A DNA stretch of 48,190 nucleotides from contig PHBN01000002.1 in NCBI GenBank assembly GCA_002840635.1, forward strand, positions 1 through 48,190, read 5' to 3'. Source of the stretch: Deltaproteobacteria bacterium HGW-Deltaproteobacteria-1 (GTDB lineage: Bacteria > Desulfobacterota > Syntrophia > Syntrophales > Smithellaceae). The notes beneath the pieces are model-generated. The model was given only the letters and a program-made list of their open reading frames with translations. It was not told where the DNA came from and ran no database searches. A program made the translations under genes and the position numbers. Of this stretch, positions 26,601 to 33,298 are shown piece by piece (positions within the stretch are counted from its first letter, which is position 1; every line of letters begins with the position of its first letter).

Positions 26601-26700
26601 TAAAGTTCGAGTAGAGCTGGAACCTGATTCAGCACGGTATATCAACACCTGTGTGGCAAAGGAATACATGAACGAATATCAGGGAGCTTCTGCATGGTAA
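23614..26700 (+). CDS. hsdR: type I restriction enzyme R subunit
   Basis: 1028 aa. The N-terminal nuclease region reads FRPDITLLINGMPLVFIEVKKP. The helicase motifs are TQGSGKT (motif I) and the DEVH box. The gene overlaps hsdM by 7 nt. Confidence 0.95.
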   Translation: MSFNENTRVKIPAILHLCRLGYNYLSLANAKRDETTNIFTDLFSESIKQINPDVEEIDIKRLLEDISLALDNEDLGEAFYKMLTNSSGIKLIDFNDFKNNSFHVVTELICKNSDDEFRPDITLLINGMPLVFIEVKKPNNHEGILAERDRINIRFKNKKFRKFINISQVLVFSNNMEYDHQSIEPIQGAFYSSTSYNEANFNCFREEEQFNLQYILKPEGDEIENIVLKDNNLSAIKHSPEFITNKEPDTPTNRILTSLFSKVRLSMLLKHCIAYVRETNGLEKHIMRYPQLFATKAIEQKIDTGTKRGIIWHTQGSGKTALAYYNVHYLTDYFQQKGIIPKFYFIVDRIDLMHQAKREFAIRGLSVHTVDSKEALLKDFRLKQAIHNLSGEREITVVNIQKFKDDTDVLKVNDYDINIQRIYFLDEVHRSYNPTGSFLANLYNSDRNAILIGLTGTPLILSDRKSRDTFGDYIHKYYYNASIADGYTLRLIREGIETNYKIQLAQALKEVEVLKGDVDKRIIYAHERFVEPMLDYIVQDFIKSRIRFNDYSIGGMVVCDSAEQARKLFQIFIAKYNPQQQTVEEVSTEYLKVAEPPVEYGLYQNDQKRRLTASLILYDVGSKDERKDEVDDFKDGKIDLLFVYNMLLTGFDAKRLKKLYIGRIIKDHNLLQMLTRVNRPYKKFRYGFIVDFADIRKEFDATNKAYFEELQAELGDEMKNYSNLFKSKEEIEEEIRDIKEKLFHYNLNNAEIFSQQISLIEDREKVLEIKKALENARNLYNIIRLYGYFELLEKVDFKKLNQLLNETVRHLELLNLKNTIQNSADTANLLNVALENVIFMFRKVSEEEMIIADQLKDMLRKAREALGGNFDQKDPVFVTLYDELKRLFEKKNLDEITQEEMKQNIGSLRQIYDRVSELNRKNNLLKAKYENDAKYARIHKRILEKGTITKKESTIHETLMDIKKQTDDIVLLNTKVLENESYFAHRLMPIVIDGFNKVRVELEPDSARYINTCVAKEYMNEYQGASAW

Positions 26701-28322
26701 CACAAGATTTTACAGTTGACACAAAAGAGCTGATTGATAACCTTAAGGGTGTTTGTGCATCTTACGGTTTGGGGAATGACGGGAATGAATTTAAAATCAT
26801 TACCCAGGTATTTCTCTATAAATTTATGAACGACAAGTTTGGCTATGAAGTGAAAGAATTAGATGCCAAATTAAAAAAATCCACGAATTGGGAACAGAAG
26901 ATTGCAGGCTATTCGGATAAACAATATGAGATGCTACTGTTAAAAATGAGTCCCGATAGCGCAAAACTGAAAAGAGAGCATTTTTTATCCAACCTTTTTA
27001 ACAATCAAAACAAAGAACAATATGCCAAGTTCTTTGATGATACGCTGCGGGATATAGCCATTTTTAATAATGAAATATTTTCAGTTAAGACCGGAACTGG
27101 CGCAAAAATTACTCTGTTTGACGAGTTAAGTAATTACATCACAGACAGCTCAAAGCGTGATGACTTCTGTCGCGCTCTCATTAACCATTTGATAAATTTT
27201 AGTTTTGAAAAAATATTCCATCAGAAATTTGACTTTTTCTCTACAATCTTTGAATACCTGATAAAAGATTATAATAAAGATGGTGGCGGGAAATATGCAG
27301 AATACTACACGCCCCATGCCGTTGCTAAAATCATGGCTTCAATTCTTGTAGATAAGCCGGTGAGTAATGTAACCTGTTACGACCCGGCGGCTGGTTCCGG
27401 GACATTGCTCATGAACCTTGCTCATGCCATCGGCGAAGATCGCTGTACCATTTACTCACAGGATATTTCGCAAAAGTCATCAAGCATGTTACGGTTAAAC
27501 CTGATTTTGAATAACCTCGTGCATTCCATCCCCAATATTATTCAAGGTAATACCCTGCTCACGCCGTATCATAAAACCGGCGACAAGCTGATGAACTTTG
27601 ATTACATTGTTTCTAATCCGCCCTTCAAAATAGATTTCAGCGATTACCGCGACGACTTGGATACAAAACAGAACCACAATCGCTTTTTTGCGGACATTCC
27701 TAAAATACCTAATAAAGATAAAGATAAAATGGCCATCTATTTGCTCTTTATTCAACATATAATGTTTTCACTCTCTGCTAAGGGGAAAGCCGCAATTGTT
27801 GTACCAACCGGATTTATTACAGCTCAAAGTGGGATTGAAAAAAAAATCCGGACAAAACTGGTAGAAGAAAAAATGCTTCGCGGTGTGGTCTCCATGCCGA
27901 GTAATATTTTTGCTACCACCGGCACCAATGTTTCGGTTCTTTTTTTGGATAAGGCCAATACCAAAGGCGATATTGTGTTGATGGATGCCTCTAAACTTGG
28001 CACAACTATTAAAGACGGGAAAAACCAGAAAACATTGCTCTCTCCGAATGAAGAAGACTTAATTGTTAAAACATTCCATGGACACAAAACTGTAGAAGAT
28101 TTTGCCGTCGTGGTTTCATATGAGCAGATTAAAGAGAAAAATTACTCGCTGAGTGCAGGCCAGTATTTTGATGTGAAGATAGAATATAAAGATATTACGC
28201 CGGACGAATTTGAGGCGAAGATGAATGGATATAAGAACAATCTCGATAAAATATTTAAAGAATCAAAAAGGCTTGAGAATGAGGTTAAGAAGCAGTTGGC
28301 GGGGTTGAAGTATGATTTATAA
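26694..28322 (+). CDS. hsdM: type I restriction-modification N6-adenine DNA methyltransferase subunit
   Basis: EYYTPHAVAKIM, DPAAGSGTLLM (AdoMet binding) and the catalytic motif VSNPPFK. Confidence 0.95.
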   Translation: MVTQDFTVDTKELIDNLKGVCASYGLGNDGNEFKIITQVFLYKFMNDKFGYEVKELDAKLKKSTNWEQKIAGYSDKQYEMLLLKMSPDSAKLKREHFLSNLFNNQNKEQYAKFFDDTLRDIAIFNNEIFSVKTGTGAKITLFDELSNYITDSSKRDDFCRALINHLINFSFEKIFHQKFDFFSTIFEYLIKDYNKDGGGKYAEYYTPHAVAKIMASILVDKPVSNVTCYDPAAGSGTLLMNLAHAIGEDRCTIYSQDISQKSSSMLRLNLILNNLVHSIPNIIQGNTLLTPYHKTGDKLMNFDYIVSNPPFKIDFSDYRDDLDTKQNHNRFFADIPKIPNKDKDKMAIYLLFIQHIMFSLSAKGKAAIVVPTGFITAQSGIEKKIRTKLVEEKMLRGVVSMPSNIFATTGTNVSVLFLDKANTKGDIVLMDASKLGTTIKDGKNQKTLLSPNEEDLIVKTFHGHKTVEDFAVVVSYEQIKEKNYSLSAGQYFDVKIEYKDITPDEFEAKMNGYKNNLDKIFKESKRLENEVKKQLAGLKYDL

Positions 28323-29574
28323 TGACTCAAAATATAACGCTGACTGGGAGGAAAAACCTCTTAATCGGTTAGGTGAATTCAGTAGAGGTAAATCAAAACA
28401 TAGACCAAGAAATGATAAAAAATTATTTGTGGATGGAAAGTACCCTTTTATTCAGACTGGGGAAATTAAAGCTGCAAATTTGTTCATTAATAGCCATTCA
28501 GAAATGTACAATGATTTTGGGTTAAAACAAAGTAGATTATGGGATAATAATACGTTATGTATTACAATAGCTGCAAATATCGCGGAAACTGCTTTACTCG
28601 GTTATCCAATGTGTTTTCCAGATAGTGTTGTTGGTTTCAACGCGTATCCAAACGAATCATCTGAACTATTCATGCATTATGTATTTACCTATATAAAAAA
28701 ATCGATTCAAAACTCTGCTTCTGGTAGTATTCAAGATAACATTAATATTGATTATTTAACGGCATTGAATTTTAGGATTCCCAAAAAGAAATATCAGGAT
28801 AAAATTGTCGCCGTTCTATATGCCCTCGATTCCAAAATCGAATTCAATAACCGAATTAATGCCGCGCTGGAAGCAATGGCTAAAACGTTATACGATTTTT
28901 GGTTTGTGCAGTTTGATTTTCCAGATAAGAACGGCATGCCATACAAATCCAGTGGCGGTAAAATGGTATGGCATGCGGAGTTGAAACGGGAGATTCCGGA
29001 GGGGTGGGAAGTTAAAAGTCTCAACGAATTAACAGAAGTAAGCAACGAACAGGTTAATCCTATAGCTATACCCGATAAAGAGTATAAGCATTATAGTATC
29101 CCAGCTTTTGATGCTTGCGGTTCATATAAATCTGAAAAAGGTATTGATATACTTAGTAATAAATTTAAAATTAGAAAAACAGATGTTCTCGTTTCTAAAT
29201 TGAACCCATGGTTTAGTCGGGTAATTTATGCAACCGATGAATCAGATTTGATTTCATCGACTGAATTTGTTGTATGGCGTGAAAAAAATATAGGCAAGAA
29301 AAACTACCTTTTCATGATTGCTCGTGATGCTTCTTTCGTTACCTATTGCACTCAATCTGCCGCTGGCACTTCAAATAGTCATAAGAGAGTTACTCCAAAA
29401 GTCATGATGAAATATCGTGTTGTTTACAATGAACAAGTAGCGGAATCATTCGGTATTATTTTAGGCTCGACTATTAAGATGTATGCAAAGAATCAAATCG
29501 AAACTAATAATCTTTCCGAACTCCGGGATTGGCTTCTCCCCATGCTAATGAATGGCCAGGTTAAAGTTAAATAG
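28312..29574 (+). CDS. hsdS: type I restriction-modification specificity subunit
   Basis: 420 aa with two target-recognition halves separated by a conserved helical spacer (IVAVLYALDSKIEFNNRINAALEAMAKTLYDFWFVQFDFP). A second spacer lies at the C-terminus (LSELRDWLLPMLMNGQV). Confidence 0.9.
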   Translation: MIYNDSKYNADWEEKPLNRLGEFSRGKSKHRPRNDKKLFVDGKYPFIQTGEIKAANLFINSHSEMYNDFGLKQSRLWDNNTLCITIAANIAETALLGYPMCFPDSVVGFNAYPNESSELFMHYVFTYIKKSIQNSASGSIQDNINIDYLTALNFRIPKKKYQDKIVAVLYALDSKIEFNNRINAALEAMAKTLYDFWFVQFDFPDKNGMPYKSSGGKMVWHAELKREIPEGWEVKSLNELTEVSNEQVNPIAIPDKEYKHYSIPAFDACGSYKSEKGIDILSNKFKIRKTDVLVSKLNPWFSRVIYATDESDLISSTEFVVWREKNIGKKNYLFMIARDASFVTYCTQSAAGTSNSHKRVTPKVMMKYRVVYNEQVAESFGIILGSTIKMYAKNQIETNNLSELRDWLLPMLMNGQVKVK

Positions 29575-29705
29575 GTATGAATAATTTATGATTTTAACTG
29601 AATCCCAACCTGTTTCAGAAGAAATCGAAATTTCCGAAAGTGATGGTACTCAAATTTGGAGGGTTTTTTAGTCAGAAAGATATCGTTTGTGAATGTAAAA
29701 TTAAA

Positions 29706-29735
29706 GGGGCTCTGCCATTTTACAAGCAGAGCCCC
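29706..29735 (-). terminator. rho-independent terminator-like hairpin
   Basis: GGGGCTCTGC at 29706-29715 pairs with GCAGAGCCCC at 29726-29735 around a 10-nt loop. On the minus strand the hairpin is followed by TTTAATTTT. Confidence 0.55.
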
Positions 29736-29742
29736 TGCTAAA

Positions 29743-29865
29743 TTACTTCTTCTTTTTAATAGTTTCCACTACATGATGCTTCGGATCTTGCTGAGCTTTT
29801 TTTACAGTAGTGAATCTTCCGTTATCGGCCCTTCTCCCAATCTTCTGAGCACTGCTTTTAGCCAT
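29743..29865 (-). CDS. small basic protein (40 aa), hypothetical
   Basis: MAKSSAQKIGRRADNGRFTTVKKAQQDPKHHVVETIKKKK. GAGAGGTGA lies upstream of the ATG at 29865 and a terminator hairpin follows immediately downstream. It is below the ORF-track size cutoff. Confidence 0.4.
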   Translation of the reverse strand: MAKSSAQKIGRRADNGRFTTVKKAQQDPKHHVVETIKKKK

Positions 29866-30244
29866 TCCTATCACCTCTCTTTCCCCGGCATAAATTAAAA
29901 TATACCCTTAGGGGAAAGATGGTCTTGGGATTTCGCTTGACGAAAACTTCCTGTCTATGCTACGTCTCAATTAAATCTAAGCTAAAGCCTTATGGGCAAT
30001 TTCAACCGGAACCCCAGTTCTCTGCAAAGACTGGGGTTTTCTTTGTAAAAAATCATACCACTACATATAGTGCTTGTCAATAGCATGGATACAATATATT
30101 GTAAGCTTGTATAATATATTGATAATATTCAACATTTATATTATTCCTAAGTATATAATTTATTTGTATATATAATATTTAATTATATTCTTGACATATT
30201 ATATAAAATTATTTAACATGTTTTCCAAACAGAAAGGAGGCTCT

Positions 30245-31372
30245 ATGACAAGAGAGGAACTTGCTTTACGTCTTAAAGCCGCCCGTGAAACAACAGGTTT
30301 GTCATTAGGTGATGCAGCGACCCGTCTTGGATTTCCAAGTTATCAAACACTGAGTAGTATCGAAAATGGGCAAAGAGAGGTAAAGGTTTCTGAACTGGCC
30401 CGTTTTGCCCGGATTTATTTTTACAATCTGAGTGACTTCCTGGCGGAACAAGCATCGCAGTCGGAATGCCCTATTCTGTGGCGTAATCCACCTGAAGCCG
30501 AAGAGCAGAAGAAGCAAGCACAGCGAGAGATATTCTCCTTGTGTGAGCAATATCATGTGCTGGAGAAGTTGCTCGGCATCAAGTCGGAAAAGGGATTTAT
30601 GGAAGTAACGCGCGAATCCATAAATTCCAATCAAGCCATTAATCGTCTGGCAAAGGAAACGAGGAATCTTCTGGGATTAGGTCAAAGACCGGCATGTTCG
30701 CTCCAGAAGGTTTTGGAACAGGATTATGGCGTAAAGATTCTCTACTATCCTCTTGCTTATGGATCGGCCGCGTCCATGGTTCATCCTGACATGGGTAAAG
30801 CGGTTGTGATCAATGCCAACGAAGTGTCGTGGCGGCAGAATTACGATCTGGCGCACGAACTTTTCCATCTGATTCTGTGGAAAGTTTTTTCTCTGGATGA
30901 AATGAACGATACGCTCTTCTTTTCGGATGTGGAAAAAAAGGCTGATCGTTTTGCCTCCATGCTGCTTTTGCCGGAAGATGAGGTCCGGCGTGAACTGGAG
31001 CAGGTCATGGCAAACAATAAGCAGGTCAATTTTTCCGATATTGTGGACATTGCCATGGACTTCGGTGTTTCCGCCAAGGCCCTGGTATATCGTCTTGCCT
31101 CTGTCAATTTGATTAAATGGGAAATGGCCGATACGCTGGCACATGATGAGGAACTGGCGGAAATCAGCAGGCAGAAAAGAAAACAGGAACAGCAAACAAA
31201 GCAGTCCGAACGTTTTAATGCACTGGCCGTGCGCTGCCTGCGAAAAGGATTCATTTCACGGGGGAAATTCGCCGAACTGATCAACATTGACCGCAGCGAT
31301 ATAGATGATCATATCGAAAACATGGGCATGATGGAATCGGAGGGGAAAGCGGTTGAAGTTATGGCTTCTTGA
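30245..31372 (+). CDS. XRE-type HTH fused to an ImmA/IrrE-family zinc metallopeptidase domain
   Basis: The preferred start is at 30245 (AAAGGAGG upstream). The HTH reads LALRLKAARETTGLSLGDAATRLGF. The HExxH motif lies in NYDLAHELFHLILW. Confidence 0.85.
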   Translation: MTREELALRLKAARETTGLSLGDAATRLGFPSYQTLSSIENGQREVKVSELARFARIYFYNLSDFLAEQASQSECPILWRNPPEAEEQKKQAQREIFSLCEQYHVLEKLLGIKSEKGFMEVTRESINSNQAINRLAKETRNLLGLGQRPACSLQKVLEQDYGVKILYYPLAYGSAASMVHPDMGKAVVINANEVSWRQNYDLAHELFHLILWKVFSLDEMNDTLFFSDVEKKADRFASMLLLPEDEVRRELEQVMANNKQVNFSDIVDIAMDFGVSAKALVYRLASVNLIKWEMADTLAHDEELAEISRQKRKQEQQTKQSERFNALAVRCLRKGFISRGKFAELINIDRSDIDDHIENMGMMESEGKAVEVMAS

Positions 31373-31865
31373 CGCCGATATCCTGATCGATTTCTTATCT
31401 CGTGATCTGCTTGATAAACTGGTGGAGAAGCACGAGATCTATGCGGCAAGTTCTGTGATCGATGAAGTCAGGTACTTCAAACGCAATATTGAAAAGATCG
31501 ATGCCAGGTTCCGCGAAAGGTACGTCCAAACAGGTCTGATCAAAGAGGTGAGCGCCACTGCCGAAGAGGCTTCATGTCTTTTGAACCATTTCACTAACGA
31601 TTTCAAATTTACCATACATGCAGGCGAAATCGAGTCCCTTGCCGTATTGATCAGGCAGACGGAATTAATATTCTGTACCTGCGATGCGGCCGCTATCCGA
31701 ACTCTTCCGCTTCTTGATCTTACTGAGCGAGGAATCTCCGCCGAAAAACTCCTCAGACAATCGGGATTGTATAAACCGGGCCTTAAAGAAAGACATACCG
31801 AAGAGTATTTCAAGAGCAATATTTCCATCGGACGTGAGTACAAAATTTATAATCTTAAAAGCTAA
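31353..31865 (+). CDS. putative PIN-like nuclease domain protein
   Basis: It overlaps the upstream gene by 20 nt and has a non-ATG (TTG) start. Acidic motifs are LLDADILID, HAGEIESLAV and IFCTCDAAAI, spaced as in PIN domains. Evidence is motif-level only. Confidence 0.55.
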   Translation: MKLWLLDADILIDFLSRDLLDKLVEKHEIYAASSVIDEVRYFKRNIEKIDARFRERYVQTGLIKEVSATAEEASCLLNHFTNDFKFTIHAGEIESLAVLIRQTELIFCTCDAAAIRTLPLLDLTERGISAEKLLRQSGLYKPGLKERHTEEYFKSNISIGREYKIYNLKS

Positions 31866-31979
31866 CATTAGTAAGCTTTAATTTATCCCACCCTGTTTGA
31901 GGTGATTAATCTGTAATAGCTGTTTTCCATTTCTGTGGGTAACTCAGGGGACATAACACTTAATTCACATCCTTTATAT

Positions 31980-32105
31980 CTATCTATCGTCTAATATTAC
32001 ATTCAACTCTTCATCGGTGATCCGGGAATACTGCATCGAGTAGGCTGCGTTCTTATGGCCCAGTTGTCTTGTTCCTCTATACGTAAGAATAACTTCCTGA
32101 ACGTG
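31980..32105 (-). pseudogene. remnant of a tyrosine recombinase/integrase C-terminus
   Basis: The minus-strand frame reads [41 protein letters not shown]. The L-G-H-x(6-9)-Y pattern matches the final catalytic His/Tyr box of phage-type integrases. An in-frame stop lies immediately upstream at 32106-32108, so only ~41 codons survive. Confidence 0.4.
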
Positions 32106-32308
32106 TTAGAATTACTTTTTCCGTTGGACTCCAAAACTTCAAATACAAGTCTTCACATACATTAATCACTTGATTATATTGACTTCGGGATGAAAAGGTG
32201 CAAAATCTATTAGCACAATTATTGGGTATGCCCTAGTGGCTGAACTGTGCATCGGTGTCGTGATAAAACTGCGAGATAAGAAAGTAACTTAAGGTGTAAC
32301 ATTCTGAC

Positions 32309-33298
32309 ATGATAGAAAAGATCGAACCCATCCCCAAATATATTCCTGAATCGCTCCGTCTCGCAGCGATTCAGAGAAAGCTCATTCCGTTTATTGGCGC
32401 AGGGGTCTCTCAACTCGGAGGCTGCCCAAACTGGTGTGAATTTGCCGATGCCTCTCTTAATTTTTTTGTTGAAAAAGGGAAGTTGAATCATGCCCAACTT
32501 GCCCAAATTGCGCCTCTTTCTTCTCGGGTGAAGTTGTCTGTGGCTCTGGAGCTTGAAAAGCAGCACAATCTTCGCATCGACTTCAAGAAATTGCTGACAC
32601 CGTCCGGGGCCAAGAAAAAAATCGGGAATGAGGTTTATGCGAACCTCTCAAGACTGGCAACTACTTTTGTTACGACAAATTATGATGATTGGTTGGACCA
32701 AATTCCACCAGAACCTTTGCGGGCTGATGATCTGGCACCTTCTCAGTCACTGCCACTTGGCACAACACGCCATTGCTTTTACAAACGCAACGATATCTCT
32801 GTTGAGAACCTGGACGTCCCGAATGCAGTGTTCCACATACATGGTTCTATCCGTGATCGAGATAGCATGGTGATAAGGACTGTCGACTACCTCGATTGTT
32901 ATTCAAGCCATAGAATTGATGGAAAAGAGAATCACGAAAATGCGTTCCTGACATTTCTACAAACGCTTTTCCAGTTGAAGAATGTCCTATTCATTGGTTA
33001 TGGCCTTAATGAGATGGAAGTCCTTGAGTACATTGTTCAGAAGGGGATCCGGAAGCCAAAAACTGATGAGGAACCAAGACACTACGTTCTGCAGGGTTTT
33101 TTCACGCACGACTTGGAACTCGCACGCAGTTTGGAGAGCTATTTTCATGAGTTCGGGATCGGGTTACTTCCATTTTCACGTGACGACTGTAATTGGGATC
33201 AACTGATTGCTGTCATTGACTACCTTGCCCGGGAGATTCCCCCTGGTCCACCATTGGCTTTGCCAAAACGCCTCGAAATGGAGGAGTTACTATCGTGA
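32309..33298 (+). CDS. SIR2-like (SIR2_2-type) NAD-utilising domain protein
   Basis: The motifs are LIPFIGAGVSQLGGCPNW, FVTTNYDDWLD (N124), VFHIHGSI (H178) and VLFIGYGLNEMEV, in the order and spacing typical of defence-associated SIR2 domains. Confidence 0.85.
   Translation: MIEKIEPIPKYIPESLRLAAIQRKLIPFIGAGVSQLGGCPNWCEFADASLNFFVEKGKLNHAQLAQIAPLSSRVKLSVALELEKQHNLRIDFKKLLTPSGAKKKIGNEVYANLSRLATTFVTTNYDDWLDQIPPEPLRADDLAPSQSLPLGTTRHCFYKRNDISVENLDVPNAVFHIHGSIRDRDSMVIRTVDYLDCYSSHRIDGKENHENAFLTFLQTLFQLKNVLFIGYGLNEMEVLEYIVQKGIRKPKTDEEPRHYVLQGFFTHDLELARSLESYFHEFGIGLLPFSRDDCNWDQLIAVIDYLAREIPPGPPLALPKRLEMEELLS

Noticed and set aside
29656-29898. 80-aa plus-strand ORF after hsdS
   Set aside because: It runs through a terminator hairpin. 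The opposite strand carries a better-supported 40-aa ORF with its own ribosome-binding site and terminator.
30273-31287. Minus-strand ORFs of 109, 172 and 148 aa overlapping the HTH-ImmA gene
   Set aside because: They are antisense to a gene with clear HTH and HExxH motifs. They overlap each other in different frames and show no motifs.
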